From: Actinomycetales bacterium
GTDB taxonomy: Bacteria; Actinomycetota; Actinomycetes; Actinomycetales; JBBRBF01
NCBI GenBank assembly: GCA_038206105.1
Contig: JBBRBF010000002.1
Location: 19,372 to 83,371 of the forward strand
Reading direction: 5' to 3'
Length of the DNA: 64,000 nt
The notes beneath the pieces are model-generated. The model did no database searches, was not told where the DNA came from, and was given only the letters and a program-made list of their open reading frames with translations. Of the stretch, positions 17,984-26,137 are shown piece after piece (the first letter of the stretch is position 1; each line of letters opens with the position of its first letter). The position numbers and the translations under genes were made by a program.

Positions 17984-18979
17984 GTGACCCTGCCCGACTC
18001 CCCCTTGTCGTCCTCCGTGCCGAGCTCCCCCGCCACCGACGAGGCGCTGCCGGGACTGTCGCTGTCGCGCAGTGACCTGGACCGGCGGTCCGACAGGCGC
18101 GGTGGCGTGAGCCTCCTGGACGAGCTCTGGGCCGACCCGGCGACCCGGGTGTTGCCGGTCGTCGACGGCCGCGCGCCGCTCGACGAGGGGCAGGTCGACG
18201 GCGGGATGCAGCGGCCTCGGCTCGCGCTGCGACCGCCCCGCGAGGAGGACGCCGCCGGCCTGCGCGTGTACCTCGGCGACGACCGCGCGGGCGTGGCGCA
18301 CGTGGCGGTGGTGCCCGTCGAGGCCCTGGCGCCGGGCGCGGAGGCCGACCCCGCCTGGGCCGGGCTGCGTGACGTCGGAGCGGTGCTCGGTGACCGGGAC
18401 GCGGGACTGCTCACACAGGCTGTCGCCGTCACCGAGTGGCACCTGCGCCACCCCCGCTGCCCGCGGTGCGGCACCGCCACCGAGCCGGTCCAGGCGGGGT
18501 GGAGCAGGCGGTGCCCGGTCGACGGCAGCGAGCACCACCCCAGGACCGACCCGGCGGTGATCATGGCGGTGCTGGACGACGCGGACCGGGTGCTGCTCGG
18601 CCACAACCCGCGCTGGCCGGACCGGCGCTACTCCACCCTGGCGGGCTTCGTGGAGCCGGGGGAGTCGCTGGAGGCCGCGGTCCGCCGGGAGGTCGCGGAG
18701 GAGGCCGGCGTCACCGTTGGCCACGTGACGTACCTGGGCAGCCAGCCGTGGCCGTTCCCCGCGTCGCTGATGCTGGGCTTCCTCGCGCACGCGGTGGACC
18801 CCACGATCCGGGTCGACGCCGACGAGATCACCGACGCGCGCTGGTTCAGCCGCGAGGAGCTCGCCGACGCCGCCGGGACCGGGGCCGTGCTGCTCCCGCC
18901 GCGGGTGTCGATCGCCCGCCGGCTCGTCGAGCACTGGTTCGGCGGCGAGCTCACCGACGCGGTCGAGGCGTGGCGCTGA
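17984..18979 (+). CDS. nudC: NAD(+) diphosphatase (NUDIX)
   Basis: A zinc ribbon (CPRCG...RRCP) is followed by the Nudix box GFVEPGESLEAAVRREVAEEAGV and the NudC-type SQPWPFP motif. Confidence 0.9.
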   Translation: MTLPDSPLSSSVPSSPATDEALPGLSLSRSDLDRRSDRRGGVSLLDELWADPATRVLPVVDGRAPLDEGQVDGGMQRPRLALRPPREEDAAGLRVYLGDDRAGVAHVAVVPVEALAPGAEADPAWAGLRDVGAVLGDRDAGLLTQAVAVTEWHLRHPRCPRCGTATEPVQAGWSRRCPVDGSEHHPRTDPAVIMAVLDDADRVLLGHNPRWPDRRYSTLAGFVEPGESLEAAVRREVAEEAGVTVGHVTYLGSQPWPFPASLMLGFLAHAVDPTIRVDADEITDARWFSREELADAAGTGAVLLPPRVSIARRLVEHWFGGELTDAVEAWR

Positions 18980-19004
18980 GCGTGCCCGCGACGCGGCGCG
19001 GTGG

Positions 19005-19568
19005 TTACCACCACGCGCGCAGCAGCGCCGGCCGGGTGGGGCGCTCCATGGCCACGACGACGTCCGCGCGTTGCGCCGGCCACGTCTCGGTGAGGTAGCG
19101 GTCCCACGCACCCAGCACCCGCACGCGCTCGTCACCCGAGAGCCGGCGGCTGATCGCGGCCGACGTCGTGCTCAGGTGCACGCCGACGTCGACGGCGTCG
19201 GCGAGCTCCCACCGCAGCAGGAACGGTCCGCTCAGGACGGCGACCGTGCCGGGCACGGCGGCCCGCGCGGGCTCCCGGGTCGCGCGGCCCGACCGCGGGT
19301 CCCGCAGGCTCGGCAGCCAGCGCAGCGACCCGCCGGGCCCGAGCGGGTCGAGCACCTCCCGGCGTAGCGCGAGGTGGTCGACCCAGCGCTCGTAGCCCGT
19401 GTCGGCGTCCGCCGCGCCGTGCTCGAGGCGCAACGACGGCTGGTGCAGGTAGCCGTCCGCCGAGATGTGCGCGACCGGCCGGCCGAGATCGCGCACCGCG
19501 TCGGCGACGGCGTCGGCGACGAGCGCGGTGTCCGCTGCGACGGCTCCGTCGACGGCGACACGAGCCAC
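19005..19568 (-). CDS. Uridine-kinase-like protein with degenerate P-loop
   Basis: The 187-aa C-terminal part of track ORF 19005..20636. The N-terminus VAVDGAVAADTALVAD sits where a kinase P-loop (IAIDGxSGSGKT) would be. Alternative GTG start at 19613. Confidence 0.5.
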   Translation of the reverse strand: MARVAVDGAVAADTALVADAVADAVRDLGRPVAHISADGYLHQPSLRLEHGAADADTGYERWVDHLALRREVLDPLGPGGSLRWLPSLRDPRSGRATREPARAAVPGTVAVLSGPFLLRWELADAVDVGVHLSTTSAAISRRLSGDERVRVLGAWDRYLTETWPAQRADVVVAMERPTRPALLRAWW

Positions 19569-19696
19569 GCGGGGGGTCCCGTCGACAGCGCCGGACGGCA
19601 CCGCCAGGGTCACCGCATGGTGCGCGACGCGCCCGGCCAGGGACGCCAGGTCGACGGGCCGCGGTGCGGCGTCGCCGCCCGCTGCTGGGACGGGAC

Positions 19697-19981
19697 TCAG
19701 CGCCCGAGGCGGCTCTTCACCAGGGCGATGCTCGGGTTCGTGGCCGCCGTGCCGTCCGGGAACAGCAGCGTGGGCACCGTCTGGTTGCCGTCGTTGACGC
19801 TCATCACGTAGTCCGCCGCGCCGTCGGTGTGCTCGATGTTGACCTCGGAGTACTGCACGCCCTCGCGGTCCATCGCCTTCTTCAGCACGCGGCAGTAGCC
19901 GCACCACGTCGTCGTGAACATGGTCACCGTGCCGGTCTCGGGCAGGGCGGTGCGGGCGGGGGTGGCGGGGTTCACGGTCAT
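19697..19981 (-). CDS. Mycoredoxin (glutaredoxin-like)
   Basis: VTMFTTTWCGYCRVLKKAMDREGVQYSEVNIE...NQTVPTLLFPDG, with the CGYC active site. Start assigned to the internal ATG. Confidence 0.85.
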   Translation of the reverse strand: MTVNPATPARTALPETGTVTMFTTTWCGYCRVLKKAMDREGVQYSEVNIEHTDGAADYVMSVNDGNQTVPTLLFPDGTAATNPSIALVKSRLGR

Positions 19982-20215
19982 CGGTGGGTCCTCCGGGTCG
20001 TCGGTCTGCTCGTCGGGGGCGCCGCCCACCAGGGGCGCCGCCGCTGCGGGGCACAACCCCGACGGGCACCCGGAGCATTCCGGACAGCTGCCGGACGGCG
20101 GCCGCGCGGCTCCCGCGCCCGCTCCCTGGCACCCTCCCAGGCCGCGCCGGGGCCGCTCCCAGGCCACCCCAGACCGCCCCGGGGCCGCTCCTCGGCTGCC
20201 CGGCGCGGGAACGGC

Positions 20216-20728
20216 TCAGTCCCGGCGCTCCCAGAGGCCGCGCAGGTAGGCCGCCTGCCCGGCGTGCTGCAGGCCGTCGTCGACGACGCTGACGAGCCGG
20301 ACGCCGGCGGTCACGGCGGGCGTGAAGCTCGTGTCGACGACCCGGTCGAGGTCGTCGCCGGTCAGGCCTGCCACGTAGCCGCGGGTCCGGTCGGCGACGC
20401 GGTCGTGGTAGGCCAGCAGGGTGAGCGCGTCGGGCGGGACGACCGCGGCGACCTGCTCGGTGGTGTGTCCGTAGCCGATGTGCGTGTCGTCGGCGCCCAG
20501 GCCGAACCGTGGCGCCCAGTCCTCCAGCGTCCACGTCTGGTCCCAGCCGGCGATCCCGCAGACGTGGTCGTCGCGGATCCGGGCCAGGTGCCACACCAGC
20601 CAACCGATCGGGTTCGCCTCGGTATCGGGGCGCCACACCAGTGCCTCGGCGTCCAGGCCGGTCACCGCCTCCTGAACGGTCGCGGTGACGCGGTCGAGGG
20701 CCTCGAGCAGGAGGTCGGTGGTCTGCAC
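20216..20728 (-). CDS. DinB/DUF664 family protein (mycothiol-transferase-like)
   Basis: 170 aa with NPIGWLVWHLARIRDDH and C-terminal DDGLQHAGQAAYLRG histidine motifs typical of the DinB fold. Confidence 0.85.
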   Translation of the reverse strand: MQTTDLLLEALDRVTATVQEAVTGLDAEALVWRPDTEANPIGWLVWHLARIRDDHVCGIAGWDQTWTLEDWAPRFGLGADDTHIGYGHTTEQVAAVVPPDALTLLAYHDRVADRTRGYVAGLTGDDLDRVVDTSFTPAVTAGVRLVSVVDDGLQHAGQAAYLRGLWERRD

Positions 20729-20832
20729 CGGCGCGAGCCTAGCCAGCCGGGCCCCCTGCCGCCCACCCTTCGTCCCCAGGTGACGACGTCGCGGTCCGGA
20801 GCCTCGCCGCAGCGTGCGAGGCTTGGCCGACG

Positions 20833-22950
20833 ATGGAACCCAGCCCGCCCACCGGGGCCGACGCCGTGCTCGCCGCCCTGGACCCCGAGCAGCGGCAGGT
20901 CGCCACCGCCCTGTCCGGGACTGTGTGCGTGCTCGCCGGCGCCGGCACCGGCAAGACCCGGGCGATCACGCACCGGATCGCCTACGGCGCGACGTGCGGG
21001 GCGTGGAACCCGCGGCAGGTGCTGGCCGTGACGTTCACCGCCCGCGCGGCCGCGGAGATGCGGACCCGGCTGCGCGACCTCGGGGTCCCCGGGGTGCAGG
21101 CCCGCACGTTCCACTCGGCAGCGTTACGCCAGCTGCAGTTCTTCTGGCCGCAGACCGTTGGAGGCCCCGCCCCGGAGCTCGTGATGCAGAAGGCGCCGCT
21201 GGTGGCGCAGGCCGCATCCCGGCTCCGGCTGCCGGTGGACCGGGCCGCCGTCCGGGACCTGTCGGCGGAGGTGGAGTGGGCGAAGGTGAGCCTGCTGACC
21301 CCGGACACCTACCCGGCCGCGTGGCGACGCGCCGGCCGGGGGACGCCGGGCGGCGCCGACGCCGCGACGGTCGCCCGGCTGCTGCGCGGCTACGAGGACG
21401 TCAAGACCGACCGTGGCGTGATCGACTTCGAGGACGTGCTGCTCCTGACGGCGGGGATCCTCGCAGACCGGGCGGACGTCGCCGAGACGGTCCGAGGGCA
21501 GTACCGCCACCTCGTCGTGGACGAGTACCAGGACGTCTCCCCGCTGCAGCAGCACCTGCTCGACCTCTGGCTCGGCGACTCCCCGGACGTGTGCGTCGTC
21601 GGCGACGCCAGCCAGACCATCTACTCCTTCGCCGGTGCCAGCCCCTCGCACCTGCTCGACCTCGCCCACCGGCCCGGCACGACCGTGGTGCGGCTCGTGC
21701 GGGACTACCGCTCCACCCCGCAGGTCGTGGCGCTGGCGAACAGCGTGCTCGACCGGGCGCCCGCAGGCGCCGCTCCCGCCCGCGTCGAGCTCGTGGCACA
21801 GCGCCCCGGCGGCGCCGCACCGTCCTTCACGGAGTACTCCGACGACGTCGACGAGGCCGGCGGCGTGGCACGTCGGGTCCGCGAGCTGGCCGACGCGGGG
21901 ACGCCGGCGTCCCAGGTCGCCGTGCTGTACCGCACGAACGCCCAGTCCGAGGCGCTGGAGTCGGCGCTCGCCGACGCCGGGGTGGGGTACCTGCTGCGCG
22001 GCGGGGAGCGGTTCTTCGCCCGGGCCGAGGTGCGCCAGGCGATCATGCTGCTGCGCGGGGGTGCACGCGCGGACGACGGGAGCACCGACCTGGGGGCCGC
22101 GACCCGCGACGTGCTCGCCGGCGCCGGCTGGACCGCGGAGCCGCCGGCGGGCACCGGGGCCGTGCGCGAGCGCTGGGACTCCCTGCAGGCGCTCGCGACC
22201 CTCGCGGACGACCTGGCGGCCACCCGCCCGGGGGCACGGCTGGGTGACCTCGTCGCCGACCTCGACGAGCGGGCCGCGGCCCAGCACGCGCCGGCCGTCG
22301 AGGGGGTCACGCTGTCCTCGTTGCACGCCGCGAAGGGGCTGGAGTGGGACGCGGTGTTCCTCGTCGGGCTCAGCGAGGGGCTGCTGCCGATCTCGATGGC
22401 CGACTCCGCCGCCGAGGTGGAGGAGGAGCGGCGGTTGCTGTACGTCGGCGTCACCCGTGCCCGGGAGCACCTGCACCTGTCGTGGACGAGGGCGCGGACC
22501 CCCGGCGGCCGGGCAGTGCGCCGGCCCTCGCGGTTCCTCGACGGCATCCGGCCCGCCGGCAGCGAGCAGGGTCGGACGGCCGCCGAGCCGGGCCAGCGGT
22601 CCCGGCGCTCCCGGCAGCAGGCGCTGCCCCGCGCCTGCCGCACCTGCGGTCGTCCCCTGGGCAGCGGCGCCGAGCGCAAGGTCGGGCGGTGCGCCGACTG
22701 CCCGCCGACGTACGACGAGCACGTCTTCGAGGCCCTGCGGGAGTGGCGGTCCCGGACGGCGACCGACGCCAAGGTGCCCGCGTACGTCGTCTTCACCGAC
22801 GCCACGCTCGTGGCGATCGCGGAGTCCCGGCCCCGGGACGTCGCGGGGCTGGCCCGCGTCGCGGGCGTCGGCCCGACGAAGCTGGAGCGCTACGGCCCGG
22901 CGGTCCTGGACCTGCTGGGCGACGCGTCGGAGTCGTCCACCGGAGCCTGA
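20833..22950 (+). CDS. uvrD2: ATP-dependent DNA helicase UvrD2
   Basis: Walker A is AGAGTGKTR and SF1 motifs are present. A tetracysteine module (CRTCGRPL...RCADCP) is followed by a C-terminal HRDC domain (VFTDATLVAIAESRP). Confidence 0.92.
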   Translation: MEPSPPTGADAVLAALDPEQRQVATALSGTVCVLAGAGTGKTRAITHRIAYGATCGAWNPRQVLAVTFTARAAAEMRTRLRDLGVPGVQARTFHSAALRQLQFFWPQTVGGPAPELVMQKAPLVAQAASRLRLPVDRAAVRDLSAEVEWAKVSLLTPDTYPAAWRRAGRGTPGGADAATVARLLRGYEDVKTDRGVIDFEDVLLLTAGILADRADVAETVRGQYRHLVVDEYQDVSPLQQHLLDLWLGDSPDVCVVGDASQTIYSFAGASPSHLLDLAHRPGTTVVRLVRDYRSTPQVVALANSVLDRAPAGAAPARVELVAQRPGGAAPSFTEYSDDVDEAGGVARRVRELADAGTPASQVAVLYRTNAQSEALESALADAGVGYLLRGGERFFARAEVRQAIMLLRGGARADDGSTDLGAATRDVLAGAGWTAEPPAGTGAVRERWDSLQALATLADDLAATRPGARLGDLVADLDERAAAQHAPAVEGVTLSSLHAAKGLEWDAVFLVGLSEGLLPISMADSAAEVEEERRLLYVGVTRAREHLHLSWTRARTPGGRAVRRPSRFLDGIRPAGSEQGRTAAEPGQRSRRSRQQALPRACRTCGRPLGSGAERKVGRCADCPPTYDEHVFEALREWRSRTATDAKVPAYVVFTDATLVAIAESRPRDVAGLARVAGVGPTKLERYGPAVLDLLGDASESSTGA

Positions 22951-23022
22951 CGACGACGAGCCGGCGGTACCCAGCGCCGGTCCCCTGCGCTCACGCCTGC
23001 CGGTCATCCCGGCCGGCGAGGT

Positions 23023-24372
23023 TCACGCGGCCCGTCGCGACAGCCAGCGCGACACCAGTTCGGTCAGGGCCGGTCTCCAGGCGCCTGGTGGCAGGTGGGG
23101 CGGCGAACGCCCCGGGGGGTGCCAGATGACCCGGGTGCCGGCGAGCTCCCCGGTCCATCCCTGCCGGTGCACGCTGCGGTGGCACGGCGGGCACACGGCG
23201 GTGCCGTTGCACTCGCTCGTGGGCCCCCCGGCTGCCCACGTCCGCAGGTGGTGCAGCTGCAGCGGCAGGTCGGCCCGCCCGCACCGGGTGCAGGCGTGGC
23301 CGTCGCGCAGGAGCACGGCCGCGCGCACCCGGTCGGGGAACGTGTAGCGGGTCCGCCCCACGTCCAGCGGCGCGCCGTCCGGCGCCAGCAGGGCGGGTGT
23401 GACCGCCGCGTCGCAGCCGAGCACCTGCGCCGTGGCAGCCGACAGGACGAGCCCTCCGGTCGTGGTCGCCGGCTCCACCCCGGCGGTGCCGGGCGCGGCG
23501 GCCAGGGTCTCGGCGGTGGCGGTGACGACCAGCGCCGGTCGCGCGGCCGCACCGGACGGCGCCGAGGCTCGCCACTCGTCGACGATCGTGACCAGCGCGT
23601 CGGCGTCCCGGCGTGATCGCGGTCGGAGGTCGGTGCTGCCGTCTTCGCCGGCCGGCCTCGGGGCGTTGCGCGCGTCGAGCGCGCTACGCAGCTCCGCGCC
23701 GGCCTTGCCGTCGAGCACGCCGCGCAGCCACCACATGCCGTCGTCGGTCTCGACGCACGTCAGGCACCGGAGCGCCTCCGCGGCGTCCTCGGCGCGGGCC
23801 AGCCGCTCCCCGGCGTCGGGGTCGAGGCGGTGCCGGACCGCCCGTCCCAGCCGGGCGAGGCGGCGCGGGTCGAGCCCCGGTACCCGGGCGCCGTCCTCGT
23901 CGTGGTCGGCGGCGGAGCGCAGCAGGCACGCCTCCACCTCGTCGGCGGTCGTCGGGTCCACCGCGTCGCCGAGCCGCCGCACTGTGTCGTGGACCACGAC
24001 CGCGTGGTCGAACGTGATCGCGCCCGCCGCCAGTGCCGCGCCGGTGGCGGCCAGCGCGCCCTGCAGGGCGACGGACACCGTGACGCGCCGGGCGGCCTGC
24101 TCCGGCCGGGAGCCCGTGACGCCCGCGAGCCACGCGGCGGTCGTGGCGGCGCCGCTCGCGCTCCCGACGTCGCGGCCGTCCGCCTCGGCCAGCAGCCGGG
24201 CCCGCGCGGCGTCCAGACGGGCCGCCTGCTGGTCCAGCGACACGACGGCGGCGCGCACGTCGGCGTCGGAGCTGCGCCACCACGGCGCGGCTTGCGCCGC
24301 GTCGATCGCAGCCGAGAGGGCGACCGAGACGTCGTCCTGCCGCCGGGCGCCCGGGCTGGGCTGCTGCTCCAT
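23023..24372 (-). CDS. DUF222 / HNH endonuclease (REP13E12-like)
   Basis: The N-terminal DUF222-like region is followed by a C-terminal HNH core (CTRCGRADLPLQLHHLRTWAAGGPTSECNGTAVCPPCHRSVH). Start at ATG 24372. Confidence 0.85.
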   Translation of the reverse strand: MEQQPSPGARRQDDVSVALSAAIDAAQAAPWWRSSDADVRAAVVSLDQQAARLDAARARLLAEADGRDVGSASGAATTAAWLAGVTGSRPEQAARRVTVSVALQGALAATGAALAAGAITFDHAVVVHDTVRRLGDAVDPTTADEVEACLLRSAADHDEDGARVPGLDPRRLARLGRAVRHRLDPDAGERLARAEDAAEALRCLTCVETDDGMWWLRGVLDGKAGAELRSALDARNAPRPAGEDGSTDLRPRSRRDADALVTIVDEWRASAPSGAAARPALVVTATAETLAAAPGTAGVEPATTTGGLVLSAATAQVLGCDAAVTPALLAPDGAPLDVGRTRYTFPDRVRAAVLLRDGHACTRCGRADLPLQLHHLRTWAAGGPTSECNGTAVCPPCHRSVHRQGWTGELAGTRVIWHPPGRSPPHLPPGAWRPALTELVSRWLSRRAA

Positions 24373-24535
24373 CCCCTCACGGTAGCCACGCCCACCGACA
24401 CCCGGTCCGCGCGAGACTCGTTGTACGACAAGGCCCGTGGAGGAGCACGCCGGCCGGTCCGGAGGGTCGCGACACGTGCTCCCGCGGACCTCCGCAGACC
24501 CAGGTGCGCCGCGCCGAGGTCCTGGGCGCGGCCCC

Positions 24536-24577
24536 CGGAAAAAGGCGTTGTGCGGCGCCGGCACTGCGCTCTAACCT
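24536..24577 (+). promoter_or_regulatory. Candidate whiB7 promoter with upstream A-tract
   Basis: GGAAAAAGG (the only A5 run nearby) lies 4 nt upstream of TTGTGC (-35). An 18-nt spacer follows, then TAACCT (-10). This implies a leader of about 410 nt. Confidence 0.45.
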
Positions 24578-24646
24578 CGTGGAGTCCGACGAGGACTCCG
24601 GAGCGCGCCGACGCGCGAGCCGTGACAGCGAGCGGAGGTGACAGCG

Positions 24647-24895
24647 ATGAAGAGCCTGACATGGTCGACGTCCGGATGCGCAGTGCGCACCGTGACCCGC
24701 TCTCCGCTGGCCACTGACCGGCTCGCGGGGATCCGGCGTGTTCCGTCCGGAATGCGACTCACCGGGGGAGAGGTCTGCCCGCAGCCGACCGCACTCCTGC
24801 CCGGCGCCGGTATCACCGTGCCGGCCTTCCGCATCCGTACCACGTCCTTCTTCCGCACCGCCCCGGGTAGCGCGCCCGGAGGCCCACCGGCATAG
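24647..24895 (+). CDS. Candidate whiB7 leader peptide (uORF)
   Basis: GGAGG sits 8 nt before ATG 24647. The ORF has 82 codons and ends at TAG 24893-24895, 24 nt before the attenuator stem. About one codon in five ends in A/T, unlike neighbouring genes. Confidence 0.4.
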   Translation: MKSLTWSTSGCAVRTVTRSPLATDRLAGIRRVPSGMRLTGGEVCPQPTALLPGAGITVPAFRIRTTSFFRTAPGSAPGGPPA

Positions 24896-24918
24896 GTCAC
24901 CACCTCGCCGGCGCCTCC

Positions 24919-24958
24919 AGGCCGCGGAACCCGACACCCGGGATCCGCGGCCTTTCTC
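24919..24958 (+). terminator. Attenuator/terminator hairpin in the whiB7 leader
   Basis: AGGCCGCGGA-(15 nt)-TCCGCGGCCT is a perfect 10-bp stem followed by TTTCTCAT. It ends 39 nt before the whiB7 GTG. Confidence 0.6.
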
Positions 24959-24996
24959 ATGCCCCACCGCCACCACGTGTGACCTGGAGGTGCGCC

Positions 24997-25299
24997 GTGC
25001 AGCTCACGGCCATGATCGACGAGCTGACCGAACCGGGTCGGCAGGGGGACGTCGCCGTCGAGGCCGCGACCCCCTGCAGGACCTCCGACGCCGAGCTGTG
25101 GTTCGCCGAGTCCCCGCAGGACGTCGAGCAGGCGAAGGCGCTGTGCCGGGGCTGCCCGGTGATCGACGCGTGCCTGGCCGGTGCCCTCGAGCGGCGCGAG
25201 CCGTGGGGGGTCTGGGGCGGGCAGCTGCTCATCGCGGGCGCGGTCGTGGCGCGCAAGCGGCCCCGCGGCCGACCCCGCAAGGACGCAGCCGCGGCCTGA
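24997..25299 (+). CDS. whiB7: WhiB7/WblC-type transcriptional regulator
   Basis: It has four Cys (C..CRGCPVIDAC), the EPWGVWGG turn and a C-terminal AT-hook (KRPRGRPRK). GGAGG lies 6 nt before GTG 24997. Alternative starts are 24979 and 25012. Confidence 0.9.
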   Translation: MQLTAMIDELTEPGRQGDVAVEAATPCRTSDAELWFAESPQDVEQAKALCRGCPVIDACLAGALERREPWGVWGGQLLIAGAVVARKRPRGRPRKDAAAA

Positions 25300-25495
25300 G
25301 GCGACCGGCCCCGCTGGTCACCGCAACACCGACGGGCCCTCGCCAGGGCCCCCTCCCCGACGGTCCGCTCCCTGCGGGCCGGCCCCCAGCGGGTCCGCAG
25401 CCGCGGGTCCGCACGGTTCGGAACCCATCCGGCTCCGAGCCTCCACCACACCGCAGCCTGCCCTGCCACGAGCAGCGGCCGACCGAGGAGACGTC

Positions 25496-25675
25496 ATGAA
25501 CCAGACCCTGCTGTTCGTCGAGGTGGGCCGGGACCGCCGCCGAGACATGGAGGACCGGGCCACCGTCTACCGCGCCTACCGCGCCGTCCGTGCCCGGCGG
25601 TCCCGGGACGGCGGCCGCCGCCGGGTCGCGCAGACCCGGATCGCGCAGTGGGCGCGGGCGAGCGTGCCCGTCTGA
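25496..25675 (+). CDS. Hypothetical small basic protein (59 aa)
   Basis: GAGGAG sits 5 nt before ATG 25496. The translation is MNQTLLFVEVGRDRRRDMEDRATVYRAYRAVRARRSRDGG... with no recognisable family. Confidence 0.35.
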   Translation: MNQTLLFVEVGRDRRRDMEDRATVYRAYRAVRARRSRDGGRRRVAQTRIAQWARASVPV

Positions 25676-25745
25676 GGCCACCGCATCTGCCCCAGCTACC
25701 GCGGCATCCTGCCCCCGGCGGGCATCCGCCCGGGTCGGCCCAGCC

Positions 25746-25804
25746 GCCCCGCCCCGCCCCGCCCCGCCCCGCCCCGCCCCGCCCCGCCCCGCCCCGCCCC
25801 GCCC
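25746..25804. repeat. (GCCCC)11 pentanucleotide microsatellite
   Basis: Eleven perfect GCCCC units (25746-25800) plus a partial unit; the complement is (GGGGC)n. It ends 12 nt before GTG 25817. Confidence 0.95.
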
Positions 25805-25816
25805 TAGGATCGGCCG

Positions 25817-26020
25817 GTGGCAGGCACCGGCCCCGATCGCCCGACCGACCCCGGCGTGCCGACGGCGTGCGCCGGCTGCGGCACCGCCGCGCCGTCCGTC
25901 CCGCCGCCACCGACGTGGTCGACCGGGGTCGAACGCGGTCGGACGCAGCACCTCTGCCCGGCGTGCACCCGCAGCAACCTGCAGGGCATCGAGGCCCGCC
26001 TCGACCCGGGATGGTGGTGA
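25817..26020 (+). CDS. Hypothetical small zinc-ribbon-like protein (67 aa)
   Basis: It has two CxxC pairs (CAGC ... CPAC) and a C-terminal LDPGWW. GC3 looks coding-like. No family recognised. Confidence 0.45.
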   Translation: MAGTGPDRPTDPGVPTACAGCGTAAPSVPPPPTWSTGVERGRTQHLCPACTRSNLQGIEARLDPGWW

Positions 26021-26137
26021 GCCCGTCGCAGTCGCCGCACCAGCGGCACCAGCGGCACCAGCGGCGGTAGCGTCGATCGCGCCGGTCACGCACCGGCACC
26101 GGCCCCGGCCGGGTGAGACGCGAGGAGAGGGCCAGGA

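Noticed and set aside
18555-18566. GGTGATCATGG inside nudC, and GTGATCATCGTGATCACC at about 59428-59447 inside the membrane-protein gene, as further copies of the repeat family.
   Set aside because: They match only the short TGATCA core, lack the C-tract and the GGTACGCC tail, and are explained by coding sequence (PAVIMAVL; VITMITVTIV).
24638-24646. GTG 24638 as the start of the whiB7-leader uORF.
   Set aside because: That GTG overlaps the GGAGG that serves as the ribosome-binding site. ATG 24647, in the same frame, has proper spacing. The uORF call itself remains tentative.
25746-25804. Possible CRISPR array (also considered for the 32-bp-phased repeats at 1323-1386 and 52619-52743).
   Set aside because: There are no unique spacers between repeats (the units abut or are separated by C-tracts), only 2-3 copies per locus, and no cas genes in the window.
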